DNA of 64,000 bases from Lepidodermella squamata (Eukaryota; Animalia; Gastrotricha): the NCBI GenBank assembly GCA_047495785.1, contig JBLDXI010000024.1:310001-374000 (forward strand). The letters are read 5' to 3'. The translations under genes were made by a program, and so were the position numbers. The notes under the pieces were generated by a model, which was not told the origin of the DNA, did not search any database, and worked only from the letters and a program-made list of their open reading frames with translations. How positions within the stretch are numbered: the stretch's first letter is position 1; each line of letters begins with the position of its first letter. Below are positions 13,540 through 30,245 of the stretch, one piece after another.

Positions 13540-16500
13540 TATTCTTTATTTCTGCATCCTGTTTTCAAGTGAATGGGATAGAAATAAATGGTTACACGCC
13601 CCATATCGCTGAATGATGAGTTTCAGCGCTAATTTCCTACAATAGGTGTTGTGCCTGCGAAAATGGTTCAGGGTCACCGTAATCAAGCGAGATGAAAACA
13701 GTTTGTCCCGAAGTCTCAATCAATTTTGGAAATTGGAAAAACCTCCGTACAATTCTACATAGGTGGTTAAAGAATGAAAGGGCCATTTCGGTCACAGTAA
13801 GGCGAATATAATTAGAATAACGCGCATTACGAGTGCCTGCAAATTATCGCGTACCCGAGGATCGAACCCGGCTGCCCCTCAGAGGAGGCATGGCTCTAAC
13901 AATTGACCCTCCATGGCCGACACATACGAATCAGGAAGGGAGAGATTGCTACCCGTATACCCATTTCTTCGCCGTATATTCTTCGCTCCACACATCAGGA
14001 ATCGAAGAATTTTGTGGGACGAGTGGTAGAATACTTCACTAAAAATCGATTGCTTGAAGTTCCGCTCATGATTTCTTGCGCTAATTATTGGAATTTAATA
14101 AAAATAATCGTGTGGATATAAAATAATTCAACTGAAATCAAGTGTTCGTTTGGGATATTATAGATCTGAGCAGTGCCGAAACCTGAGTGCCTGAGTAAAC
14201 ATTGTGCTCTAAATCTGACACATCCAGGTCGATTCAAGATTAGCGCATAGGTTCGGGATAAAATTCGATTGGTACATAAAAAACTGAAATAAAGGGAAGC
14301 CGAAATGACTAAATTTTCCTAATTCATGGGAGTCAACGAACTCCTGCAAAGCCAACAACGCGGTGCCACACAATTCGTCTCTGCCAACAAACTAAAATCG
14401 GAGGCCACCGGTTATAGAAAGGAGAGGGTATTCGTTGTCATCGCCTGCCTTCACATGCCAAGAACACATTCGTCTGAACTCTTTAACAGCTTAAATTGGA
14501 CCGTGCGGTAACATGGGACTGTTCACACGGGGACGTTGGCTGGCATAAAACTATTCAAAATTTGATATTCTATTCATATGGGCATTCAGCGTTAAAATCC
14601 TCCCCAGTTATGTCGTTTCAAACTCAATTGAAGCAGAGGCAATGACGTCTTGATCTCATCTAGTGATTCAACTCTTGCCCTTTAAAGCTAACGTAACCTA
14701 CAACACCTTCAATTCCTGCTTGATATTGGACAAACCAACTGTTGTTTCATGATTTTCTGCATTTTTACGCAGCCTATTTGGTGCATATACTGCTTCCCTA
14801 TAAATTTAGCATCTGCGGGTACACGAAATGATATTGTCTCGGTCGGGTAATAGCTAGCTAGATGCGTGAAATATGACTATATGTCGATGATGATTTAATT
14901 CTGTGGCGCGATGACACGACAATGACAAGTTGAGACTAATTTGCCGCATAAAAATCAAAACAGGATTTAATTTAATCCGACTTCAATAACTATCATGCCT
15001 GCCCTCATGGTTGACTATGGTTGACACGTAGTTTAACTGGGTTAACAGTGGGGTGTTTGAAATGAGTTAACTAATAAGAAGTGCGAGTTATCATCTGGCG
15101 AAAAATTGGAGCTGGACCTGATGAGCAGAGAGCGCAATCTTTATTACACAATATTCTTCTTGATATGAGCACTTTTTATCTGTTTACATCGCATTGGTCA
15201 AGTGTGCAACGTCACGGCTGTGACAAGTCGGCTCAACGAGCAGGGATCTCATTACACGAACCGGCTCCAGCCGGTTGACATTCAGCTGACAGGTGGGCGA
15301 AAAATAACATCATCATCATTCATCATTTCTTTATTCTGAATATTCCACGTAACTGAAAGCTGAAAAAAGCTAGAAAATATTATACAAGAAATGATAGCAA
15401 AGCAAATATATGAAGGTTGAATGCTGAAGTCAGCCGTCTTTTTCTCGCCTGAATACGTTTGCTCACCTGTTGTGGCAGCAATAGCTGCCATAGAGGTACA
15501 GGTTTGAGCAACGGCTCAGACGCGATCGGAACGGCGACTGAAGGCCACAAGGGCCTCGTCGTTACATTATATTTAAGGTGGATAGTTGGAATGATCAAGT
15601 ATATATATATCAAAATCATGAGTAAAACTTGCCGAATGCCGGGTGAGTTTGATCATCGGCGATGAAGTCAAGTCGAGCACAAGGCGCTTGAAAAGCATGC
15701 GTAATAGGATTTATTTATTTCGCAGAACGAAACTGCATTTTTGGCTACTGGCGTAGTGTTGGGATGTTGGCGCGCGCACCGAGCGAAAATTGCGTGTATT
15801 TGCCGAAAATGTCACAAGAAAAGCCCAATTAACTTTACAATACACATTTTTATGATGTGCGATGGCGAGTTCGCTGTGATATAGAAAACAACAAAACAAG
15901 CCGAGCGCGAAATAGACGAGGCCTCGAGGCAAATATATCTACGAATTTTTGCCATTACCCAAGTTTGTGCACTTTATTATTATTGCCGTCGCCGCGAAAT
16001 AATAATAATAGGCGCCAGTGCAATTTCGCTGCGGCGGAAACGAATCGGGCCTGCCGGGCCGCCGCCTGTGTATTTGCGCGCAGGCATGTCGATTTGATTC
16101 CGATTTCGATGCAGCGTTTCGCGCATGACTACTTGACGAACCAGTCCGGCGCGCGCCAATGGCAATACCGGTCGTCGTTCGTCAGTCCCCAGTGCCATCT
16201 ATCGCCAGCACTCGAGTAATGTATTTATATTCCCCTTACGCGCCGCCGCCGTCGCCGTCGTCGTCGTATCGATGATTTTTGTTTGCTCCAAAACACAGCG
16301 CAAAGGCGATGCAAAATAACGCAGGCCTATATATGTGCGCCGGAATGCGCGCGCGGTTCGCTCGCTCGCCGAAAAAAATCAATGATTGGCCGTTCGTTAA
16401 TTATTCGGCACTGCAATTTAAAAGCTTTTTCTGCTCGCTTGTGCCTGCGACGAGAGCGGTACATGACGCGTAGGCAGGCAATCGTGTGTAATATTATAGA

Positions 16501-19500
16501 GCAAAAATAAAATAATAAATACGCCGCGCCCGCTATTCGTTGTATTATATCGGCTATTATTATTATTATATGCGAGCAAAAAGAAATAAGACGACATGAG
16601 AGCCGGCGGAACCATGACGAAACGACGGATGCGAAGCGCCTATCGAACAGCAGCGCCACCATACAAAATACATCATATAATATATGCATGCGCGGCAAAT
16701 ATTTGCAGCAGCAGCAGCGGCGGCGATAGAAGCTCGTACTGCGAAGTGAGCGAGCGCGCAAAAAGCACGAACGCGCGGGGAAATGAGGCGCCCGATCGAT
16801 CGATGGCTATTATAATTACTATTATTATTATTACCGTGATGGCTATTATTGCAGCTAACAAACACATGCACACACACAAGCATACACGGTGACGTTGTTT
16901 TTGCTGCGGTGACAAGCACACGGCGAGCGCACGCAAAGCAAGCATTTTTAGCGCGCGGCTTGATTTTCTCGATAGAATTTTCAGCCGCGAGTATCATCGC
17001 GCTTGCACGTGAAAATCGCCCGGGGGATCGAATGCGCACCGGGTGCGCGCAAAACAAGCCGCGCGCAGTGACAAGCCACAAGGTGTAGTGGTCGAAACAA
17101 GTGTCGTGATAATAATTTAAGCGAGTAATACCAATTCTGAAGTGCAATTTACTATCGAGTTGACCAGGCGATATAGTCCGAAAATCCCTAGATTATTTTA
17201 TCGCTAATAGGCATCGAAAACCGTTGAGTTCGGCCTAGCCATATGTTCCGCTAGTTTGAACCGAAAAAATAGAGCGAAAAATCGTAGCTATAAATGCTAT
17301 CGATAGAATCTGCGGTTTGTGCATGAAATTTAAATAGCTTAGGATATTGCTGGATAACCGCAAGAGAAACAGCACGAGGCCAAACTGGCAAATCTCGAAC
17401 ATGATTTTCGAAGATCGGCTCATGGTTAGAGGGAGAAAAGAGTGAAATAATGAAGGAATAAAAGAGGAGGCGAGTCGAAAGTTGAAAAATAGAAAATGAC
17501 GAGGCACGACCGACCTTGTTCCGTTTGTGCGCGGAATAAATATACGCGGCTGCTGCTGCGGCTGCAGAGTGCGAGGAAAATAGTTTGAGAGGCCCCGAGA
17601 AAATGGAAGATCGATGCAGCGCGAACAAGCATAAAGCCTGCGCCTGCCTCTCGTCTCGGAACGAAATATTTTATAATAGAAATATTATTATTACGATATT
17701 ACGTGTAATAAAACTGCGCCTTCTCGGCCGCATTTCCCCGAGCAGCTGTCTAAATGCAATTCTTTTTGCTCCGCCTCCGCCCCTTTTTCATTTCCGCATC
17801 TTATTATTCCGTCTTTGAGGCGCGGAGGAATATATATTTATACATGCCTACATGCATATACGTGCACGCGGATAAAAAAATAAGGCGCGTTTACATTCTT
17901 ATGCGGCGCATAATTTAGCCGGCGCCGGGCAGCTCCGCAAGGCAAATATTAGTCGAAAATCGAACGAATAGTTAATGCAATCGGCGGCTGCGAGGATTTA
18001 GGACTGAAAGAAACGACACGCCACGGCGACGATGTGCATCGCTGGCGGCGTTCGAGCTGAGCCGGCGAAAAGCCGCTCGCGAGAAATAATTTAGCTAAGA
18101 CGGTCACACGCAATTGCTGTTATTAGAATTCGCAATAAATTCGCTTTGGGTGCAAAAACAGCGAGAGGGCCTGCGAAATGAGCGAAATTGCATTACGATA
18201 TATCGATTCGCCGCAGCGACCTCGACTGCAATAAGAAGAAGAAGCAGTAGCAGCACAAAAAAATACGCAATAAATGCGAGCAGTACTACTACACATGTGT
18301 TTATAGCGAGCGCAAGACAGTGCCGCCCACCACCGGTCGACTCGCCGGCGTTACCAGTCAGTGCCGGTGCGAAATCGAGCGACTACGGAAGACTTGAGCG
18401 CGGCACTCGCATGTGATAAAAGCCGGGTAGAAACAACGCCCAGTCGAAGCGCGTCGCGTTCGATAAGATAGCGTAACGAATGCGAAGCAGGATTGGCTGT
18501 CTAGGCCAGCGACGAGTCGTAGGCGGCCGTCGAAGAAGCCGGCTGCTGATAGCCGGTCGGCTGGTCGAATGCCGGCCGCTGCTACGACAGCACATCGCGC
18601 GCTGTGCTATGCCTGTGCTGTGACAGGCAATAATTTCAAGTGAGAAAAAAGCTTATCGCGAGCACAACACGACGACGTCAAAGGCGTCGCGAACAGGAAA
18701 AATACGACAAATAAGCATAAGAAGGTTAAGTCGCGCGCGCGCTAAATTTGCGCAGATAGCGAACGTGTGTGACAAGATAATATGGCGATAATATTATTAT
18801 TTTTAAATGCCGGTGGTTGCCTTAATGCACGCATGGCGTAGTGAAACGTTACGAAAAACAACGACGAAGGAAAAAAAGCAGTAAGCACATGTATTATACC
18901 TGCAGGCTCAACAGTACGCGTTGACACGTACCTGGTTCTTGTGTACATACAGGTATAATATCATGCAACACGCAATATATCCATATATATATATATATGC
19001 ATGCGAATGAGTTTATATATATGTATAGGTTTGAGTAAGAAAACGAATAGCAAGCGATAAATAGAAATATTATATTCAAGTAAGAAAAAAGCCGAATAAT
19101 ACGACCTACCCATCATCAGCAAACAAACACTTCATTGATCAAACAAAGGTGAGAACAGCGCTTCGCAACAGCGGCCGGCGTTGAGGCTGGCCGGCACAGC
19201 TGCTTGTCGAGTGAAAGTGAGCGCGCTGAATACGAGAAGAAGCGAGCACAAAAAATATGGCCAAGTAAAAAAAAATGTCTAAGCACACATAAGACGATGA
19301 CGATATGAAAAGCGGCGCTCTCGTCACGAAAGAAGGTCCTCTACATAGCCCTACCTAGCTACCACGCATGACACAAACAAACCGAGCGTATACACTGGCA
19401 TTTAGTAATATTAATAATAATAATAATTTTTCTGGTATTATCATTATTATTAGTATTATATACCATCAGCCTGCCGGTGTTTGCAAACATAAACTAGCTA

Positions 19501-22500
19501 TATTATAGAGGAGCGAGTGAGCAAGCCCAAAAAGGTATGATAAATGCATCAGCTGTGTGTCGCGCGGTCTCCGGTGCAGTTTCTACTACTACTAATACTG
19601 TCACATACGTCTATGCGTGCGACGGGCGAAAAAACACACCACAATACATAGCGCGTGCACACAAGTGTTGAGATAGCGAGCGCCGGCAAATAAAGCCGGC
19701 GGTGACGGTGACGGTGGTAGTGGTGGTTTGTGCAGCAGCAATAGTTTGTGAGAGAGATAGAAAAGTGAGGCAAAAACACATAAAAAATGCGGTGATATTA
19801 TTACAGCGAAAAATGACAAAAATTTGAAATAATTTTTTTGTGTGAGTATAACAATGCAATAACACAAAACACGAGTTGTTGCAATTAAAATCTCACAAGA
19901 TATTTTATTATCGCGTGTAATCACCTTGAGAGGTTTTGTTTTTCACCGGCGCCCCCGGTGTAAAAAAGCGCGCGCCGTCGCTGTTGCGCCGTGAGGGCAT
20001 ATTCGCGATCGGCTCCAGTGCAACTGAACGGCTCATTTGCTGGCGGGTCTCAGCTAAGCGTATGCTGCGCGACCAAGACGTCGTCGACGTGTTGTTTGCT
20101 CGCCTTGCGATGGTAATTTATGAAATGCAAAACCCCTCTTGCTCGCTCGCCTACACTTTACTTTATGATTACTGGCGAAATTGCCAAATAATGCGCGTTA
20201 TGTGGCGGCGGGGCGGCGTGTCGGCGAGCCAGCCGAAATAGCACAGCCGCCAGCCACAAAAACCACATTTTCGGGCCCAGCCAGACTGGCAGCTGTGAGA
20301 TTATACCGCGAATGGGGCTACCTGCTGTTGCGAGAGCGAGAGACAGAAAAATCGACAGTGAAAAAAACGCGCAGTATCTAGCGAGTCGCAAAACCGAACG
20401 ACTGGGTTAGGCCTGTGCAGACCGGAGCGTTTTATATTTCAAAGAAATTGCGATATCGCATGCTCAGAATATGGCGATGATGATGATGGTGATGATGATG
20501 ATGTGGAAAAATTATCGCGTGTAGAAATGGCGCGCCGGCGTCGGATTGACTAGGCCTTATATAGCGAGGCGCGATGGCCGGTGCAAAAAACGGCGCACTT
20601 TTCAGCGGCTGATCGCATGAAAACACGGCATTAAAGTTGTATGATTGCGCTGCGTGAGAAGTTCCGCCGTTGTCAAGGCCGCCGCGCCGTTATTACGCCG
20701 TCAATGAGACGCCGGCGTCTTTTTGCGCTCACGCGTGTTCGGCGATTAAAATGGGATTATGTTGTTTTATGTTATTTTTCATTAGCCGCGTGCCCTGAAA
20801 GACACGTAAAAACGCGTTAAAATTCAGAGACTGAGACTGAAATTCTCGTCTGCGCGCCGCGCTACTGTTATTTGGGTTAGGCTCGAAAATGGGCATGATT
20901 GCAGCGCGGACAAAAAGCGCGCCAATGCGCATCGAGCCGCGCCGCTGCAGCTTTTTTAGGCCCGGCCTGAATAACACGAGCGTGTGCGTGTGTGCGAGTG
21001 TGTTCGTTGATACGACGACGATGGATGCATCCATTTTCTAAGTAAACATCTCACACGAGATCAAACACGAGAAAACGAATCGACGGCGGCGTCTAAGCGC
21101 AGTTTTTGCCGCAACCACGTCCTGCGATCCGTGACGGGTTGTTCGTAAAAACACAATAACAAGAGACGCTTTTAGCACGCGCCAAGAGCATCACCTCTAA
21201 AAGCTTGTCCTTCCGCCGTGGCAAAAACAGCCAGGTGACAAATATCGCGCGTGATCCAAGAGCGAGCGCGCATTTTTGGCGCCGTATGTTTACCCGACCG
21301 GCCCCGTGGCTAATGCGCCGGCGCCGACACGGTACGGCCGTACGCGTGTTTGCGGTCGCGGCAAACAATGAGCGCGCCGAAAATTGTATTATCACGCAAA
21401 AATTACAAGAAAAACACAAGGGCAAGAGTGAAGAAAAGAAGGCGCGACGATTTTTCCAAAGCATCAGCCAAAAACCAACAGCCAGGTACAAGCAACACGG
21501 CCTGCACCTGGTGCGTTCCCAGCGCTGCCGCCGAGGCGTGTTTTTGTTATCGCAACTCATTATACCCGGCGACTACGTGGTCGGCCACTCACTATAGATT
21601 AGCGAGTCGCTGCTATTCATCGACTTGTTTGCGTCGTCGCCGTCGACAAGAGCATGCGCCTATCGTTAGCATTTTTGTCGCCTTCTTATTATGAATACTA
21701 CGCTGCGGTATATACATACGGGCTACGGGCATGAAATATTTTTACGAGCGTGACTCGGCAATCCATTTTTCGAGCAACTCATTATCGCGCCTATGCTGAA
21801 GAAATCGCCCGGCAACGCGTCGCCAGGCGGTGCTGCTGCCTTTTGAATAAAAGGCCATTGCACTTTCGCAACTGGTCAAAAACAAGAGAGTAAGTAATTT
21901 CGCCTGCCTGAGAGTGCACCGAAGGAGAAAAAGGCGGCGACTGAAAAAATTCAGCGCTCAAGTCCGTTATAAATAGTTGGCCAAAATTTCAGATGAGATG
22001 AGCTGAAAAAGATGAGGAAATTATTATGGCGGAACGCGTCGAGCCGGCTTGTATTTATGCGAAGCGCGCCCGGTGCCTCGATATAGCGCGCGGCTCGAGG
22101 CGAAAGCGAACGCACGCTATTCAAGAGGCATCGACATGGATATCGCGTTTTGCCCCGGCAATTACTGCGCGCGGCTCGCCTGAAAAACAATAAACGAAGC
22201 AGAGGCTCGAAGAAAATAACGAAGGGCAACGATAGCGCTGCTTCTCGCCTCCGACACACACACGCAAGGTATGCGCGCGGGGTGAAGCCGCGCTCGAGAA
22301 CACGGGCCGGCGTTTTTGCCTCAGCCTCTAACAAAACAGCTGAGCACCTAGCCGCAATATTAGGGATGATAACAAAAATACGCGGCTTTGAGATTATAGC
22401 GAAAGCTGATCGCGCCGCGATCAAGCCACCTTATTAGAATAATACACTCAGCCGGCTGCTTCGCGCAGGGTGGCGGCTATACGCGGAAAGCCGAGACGCG

Positions 22501-24654
22501 CATAAATACGACGAGGAATATAGGGCAAACAAAAATAAATTGCAAGGTCGTTTGCGAGACGCGAGCACGTGCGATTTAACCGGCAAAAACAGCAGCAGCC
22601 GGCTGCCTTAATTTCGCCGGTGAAGAAAAAACACGCGCGCAAATACAAATAATAGATGCGGATGAGAGCTGATTGCTGCGGCGGCGGTGGCGGCGGCGAG
22701 CTCGTAATTCAATACCATCTTGATTTTCGAGGCGCGTGCTGCTGGATATGCACCTTATTCCCAGCGGTAGCATTTAGTGATGAGCAAACGCAGAAAAAAC
22801 CAACATGGAGAGCAGAGAGAGCCGGTCGGCGATGGATGCATGGATGAGAGGGATGACGTTGTAATCGTGCAAACACGCCGCATTAAGGGGGAGCGAACTA
22901 GCGAGAGCGGGACGAGATGAGATGAGAAAATAAAAACCGGCGTGTGCAGCTCATAGCAGATGTCTGAAGCGTGCGCTTCATTTTACCGACTGCTTTCTCG
23001 TGATGTGTTTTTTAAGCCAACTACTACAACATACACTGATGGATGGATGGATGGATGATGCTATGCCGAGGGCATAGCATCGCGCCCGGCGTGCATTTCA
23101 TCATTACCAGCAGCCGTAGCGTTTGACCACGTGTGCGCGAGCGCATACCGGCCGTCATAGTGTACGCAGCTGTCCCGAGTTTTTTTTCTGCGCCCTCTCT
23201 ACCGGTCTGAGTGGACGGTTGTTCCAACATTGAAAACGCGTTTCGCATTACGATGAGACAACGCTAATTAAGATATGATAATGATATATTATTGCTGCTT
23301 TTCATGGAGAAGATACGGTAGAGCTCAACGCCGTTTCATCTTGAACTGAAAAACGCATGAAACGGTCGCCTCTCAGATATGTCAAAAACAAAAGGAATAT
23401 ACATTGCACCACGACAATCATATCTATAGGCCGAACGAAAGCTGACTAGGTTTCTAGTTCCGAGCAAAGCAAGGTATATCGTTGATAGGGACTACCGGAT
23501 AATAAGATTTCAGAATTTCACTAAAAAGAGTGAAAGCGAGAGAAAAGGTCGATTTAAAGGTGACTGGAACTCAATAGAGCTACGCAACGGCAACAAGCTG
23601 ACTTCTGAAGTTACTAGCTTATAGTTTTTTCATAAATGGTTAAGGAGGTGCGAGCTGATGAGAATTCTAGAGAAGTTATGTTCAAGATTGTTCAAGTTCA
23701 AGAAGCTTCAGGTTGTGTTCAGAACTACTAGCGAAAATCGCTTTAATTAGGTTTCCTTAAGGTCTTAAATTGAGGGCAACGAGTCTACCTTCATCGGTCG
23801 AAGGATGCGAATAGAGGAAACTCGGGAAAGCTCAGTTTCTGAAGCTCTATTACAAGAGGTTGAAAACCAATGACGGCCCGATATTATTAGGCGAATAATT
23901 CCGACGGGTAAAATATGAGAAATAACACCTTCTCGAGCTTTGTTAACGCCATTATAAAGGGCATTTTGCACTTGGAAAGCGATAATTTGTTTTATTCATT
24001 TATTTGTTTTCATGAGCGCCGTTAAATGTATTTGAAGTCAAACATTTCAGGTACAGTCTTGTCATGCAATATTACCCCGGTTTTCATTTCATTCATTGTC
24101 GACGGTTTTTTGCGAATCACTTAATGTAGTATATACGAAGGAGGTGAAATAAATAGTTGCTGGAAATTAAGGTGGAAAATCTTTACCCAGACTAAACATA
24201 TTCCACGGTCTGTTTATTATCACCGCCACCAGCGATTCGTTAATATTATTATCTTCATCAATATACGCCGGACGCTTTAAGATTATCTTCCGCCACCGGC
24301 GCCTTTTCATTTGTTTTACAAAAATCTACATCTGCCGCTGCATTAAACACCGGGTGATCGATCGGCACCTGTAATAGAAGTGTATGTATATTCGGATCTT
24401 TTTTCAGCTTTTGACGTTCCGGTAAACATTTTATGGTAAATAATGCGTGCATAGGCCGCAAGTCAATGCAAAAAGTCATGGCTCTTTAAATGGAGTGTTT
24501 TCTCAGGGCGGTGAATTTCGCGTAATTAAAACCTGGAAGATTTTTTTTGACAAGGGAGCGCCGTGAAAAGACAGCTCGAAATATGTTAATGAGATGATTG
24601 GCGGTGTGGGTTGCCAGGCCGGCACGCGCCACGGTTTTTAATGTCGAGAAAGCT

Positions 24655-24730
24655 GAGTGAGAGAGAGAGAGAGTGAGAGAAGGAGGGAGCGCCTTGGCCT
24701 GACAAGAAAAATAATAATAAAATAATAATA
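24655..24730. repeat. (GA)n tract followed by (AAT)n microsatellite, about 240-310 bp upstream of tetraspanin A
   Basis: gagtgagagagagagagagtgagagaagg... then aataataataa-aataataata. Confidence 0.7.
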
Positions 24731-24968
24731 GCTACTTTTGCGCACTTTGGCGCGGCCTAAAAAGCCCTTCTGTAAAGCGGGCACGCATTTATTTCGGCAA
24801 ATACCGCTGTGCTGCGCGCTTCATACCTGGGCGCAAATCAAATATAGCGACAACAATAAGCCGCCTGTCGCTAGCCGCATCGGCTACTGTGCTTCGCCTG
24901 CTGCTGCTGCTGGCCCGGCGGAATTAACCATAATCCTACAGAAAAAATGCACACTGTATCCTAAAGAC

Positions 24969-26336
24969 ATGTGTTCGGTTATCCTTAGTTGCTTATTCAT
25001 CCTCTTGAACATTCCTGTGGCAGTAAGTTGCAAATTTCGCTCCAAAAGACCAACACCTGTAATTTCTGTCAATATAGATTGTCGGGTACGTATTGTTCCT
25101 CAGTGGATGCTCGCTGCTTATAGACAAAGCTTTAACCTTGGTAAAAAAAAATCGAGCAAAGATTAAACTTGAGATGAATATATTTCATCGAACAGTATTT
25201 ACGACGAGAGCTGGGACCTTTTTTCAACGATTTCCTGATAGAACCAGTAGGTTCCGAAATGCTAGCTTGGAAAAATGTTATTCCTATTTCCTATCATAAT
25301 TTTAAGCATTTCACGAAGACAACGCCACTTGAAGTAACCTCTGCAAGCGTTCCTTTCATCGCTTTCGGAACAGTTTTCTTCATATTCGGCATTTCCGCTA
25401 TAGCAGGCTGCTGTTGTACAGGAAAAATATTCTTCGGGACAGTAGGTTCAGTTTAGCTTTATTATCACTGAAATGAACTTTAATTGTAAACAGTACGCAG
25501 CATGTTTTGGTGCTTTGCTGTTCGCGCTGATTGGTTTTACGGGCTACTTCGCATTGTTCCGAAAACAGGTTAGCCAGAAATATTAATTTATTAGTCATTA
25601 ATTTGTTTGGTCTAGATCGCCGAAGAGTTCCGATTTTATTTAATCGATCACTATACTCGACTGGACTCGACGGAAACTTTTGACCTTTTACTTAACGTCG
25701 TTCAAATGCTATTCGGCTGCTGCGGATCCTATAACGGCGGAGACTTCGCCTTGGCCAGAAAATTCAATCGAACGTGGCTACCGGTGGATGAGGCGATGAA
25801 GGAGCAGGTATGTAAATATATTTCGTAAGATTTTACGAAAATTAACCGTCCTATCTAGGTGCAGCAAAAAATGATAATCCCGCCGTCTTGCTGCACCAGC
25901 GCGGCTCTCCGGACTGTTAACCGTAACTCAATACCTGTCATTAACGATCATCCTGTATTGAAATGCATTTACAACGCATCTTCCCAACATTCGTACTACA
26001 GACATGTAAGTAAAATCAATCGAAATTATTTTCTATTCTACACTCCTCGATTCTTTTAGGGATGCGTCGACAAGTTCGTATTGTACGTTTTGCCAATTGC
26101 CGCTCCTGGGCTCGGGTTTTACCTGGTAAATAACTTCACGTCTGATGATGATTTTAATTCTGAAATCTTGGTTTTAGGCAATTTTAGTCGGTATCGCTAT
26201 TTATTCGATGCGGATCGAGCACCGCTGGACATGCGTTGTGCCACCCTGGTCGAACGATATACCCGTCAGTCAGCCGAGAAAACCGCGGCGAGATCCATAC
26301 CGGCAGACACTAATTACTCGCGAGACAACGGTTTGA
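24969..26336 (+). CDS. Tetraspanin A (9 exons, 313 aa)
   Basis: Exons 24969-25022, 25078-25140, 25196-25246, 25307-25441, 25494-25568, 25616-25807, 25859-26005, 26060-26125, 26178-26336, all GT-AG. Four TM segments; EC2 motifs FGCCG, PPSCC and GCVDK; AATAAA at 26389. Confidence 0.92.
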
Positions 26337-26555
26337 ACACTTTGATCAAGTTTTAGATACAATCCGCAATATGGATTTTCTATTATTTAATAAAAGAAAA
26401 GGATGATTTTAAGCTGGACGAGTAGCGATCTACTCAGACTTCAACTTTCATCTCCATCACAGGGATATAACTTTTTCCATGATTTATCATATTAAAATAA
26501 TCAAAATATGATCCTGATAGATGCTTAGTTCATGGATAATCCTATACATGTCAGT

Positions 26556-29044
<2,489 letters not shown>

Positions 29045-30245
29045 TCTTGATTGTTACCGACTTCCGGACAAAATCTTTTAGTTATCACCGAATTAAACGA
29101 GTATTCGTCTGCTGCGCATTAACACAACAAAGAATGCCGTGTGTACATGCTTAATATTTGACAGTTTTTTTAGGGCCTCATTGAATACACTTGTTCTCTT
29201 ATACTCTAGGTAACAGCCTACGCGTGTAAATGTCAGTCTGTGCCAATTGTGCTTACGGGAACAATTTTACAATCATATCCAGGGAATCTTTTTAGGGAAT
29301 ATTTTTGGCCTATTGGGAATTTTTTATTTTAAAGCAGATTTTATTGATGACAAAAACGCAATCCTTGCTAATTTTCAAAGAACGTGAAAGAGTTTACTTC
29401 TGAACCAGACACTTGAGGAATTGCGGATGTCCGAAATCACAAGTTCTGTGCGCTGCGAATTCACCAAGAATGTTTATCATAATTTAAAATTCGATGACAT
29501 TTTTTTTGCCAAAATGCAATCATGCAACAAATAAACTGAATGACCTATAGCGTTTTCACCTCTTCTACGGGGAATGCTGATGAGCTGAATATTCCTCTCA
29601 GGGTCAATTGTGTTTTTCAGCAGTATGGTGTGAATTTTATCAGCTACCATCTACCATTATGCTCAACGTACCTCGGAGGGATTCGAATTTTTCGAAAAGA
29701 ATACAAATGAAAGGTTAGTCGAGTTTCAAAGAGAAATCATTGATTCACAATGATAGATCAGCACCAAATCTCTGGTGGGTTTCGGGCGATCCTAAATCGT
29801 TTCTGATAACATCTGATCATCCATCGATCATCAAAATGTAAGCTTCTCCACATTTCAAGCCAAGCGAAAAATAGCTAGATCCATATTGCATGAGACATTC
29901 ATTCTACACTGTGAAATTCGTTCCTTTCAAACCAAGTGATTTCTTGCATCCTTGTCTGCTTACTTCATTTTCGAAGCCCATTTGACTAAACTCTTAAACA
30001 CCCGTCTCACCTCTGATCCGAGATGAAAAAATATTAGCTATAAGATAAGGGCGTAAGCGAACAGAAGCGAACAGTGCTGGGCATCGGAGAACTATAGATA
30101 TCATCACGACCTTATCTCATTTTGCAATTTTCGCCGACTACTTATCAGCCAAGGTGTAGCTGTGTAGCGCACTGTCTGCAACGTAAGACGTAGTTCAATC
30201 TGATATTATTCAGGTCAGCATCGGAATAATAAGGAACCGCAGCAA
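29045..30245. promoter_or_regulatory. Divergent intergenic region (protease / tetraspanin B) with clustered GATA-type sites
   Basis: WGATAA/TTATCW matches at about 29082, 29804, 30044, 30112 and 30141. Confidence 0.35.

Noticed and set aside
10979-18948. Candidate minus-strand first exons (donors near 10987, 11647, 15466 and 18931)
   Set aside because: Plausible donor sites, but they cannot be linked to the acidic exon without transcript data.
126-24500. Many 60-190 aa ORFs on both strands
   Set aside because: Overlapping in several frames, Arg/Ala/Ile-rich from CG and AAT repeats, with no recognisable domains; treated as spurious apart from the 5602-5847 exon.
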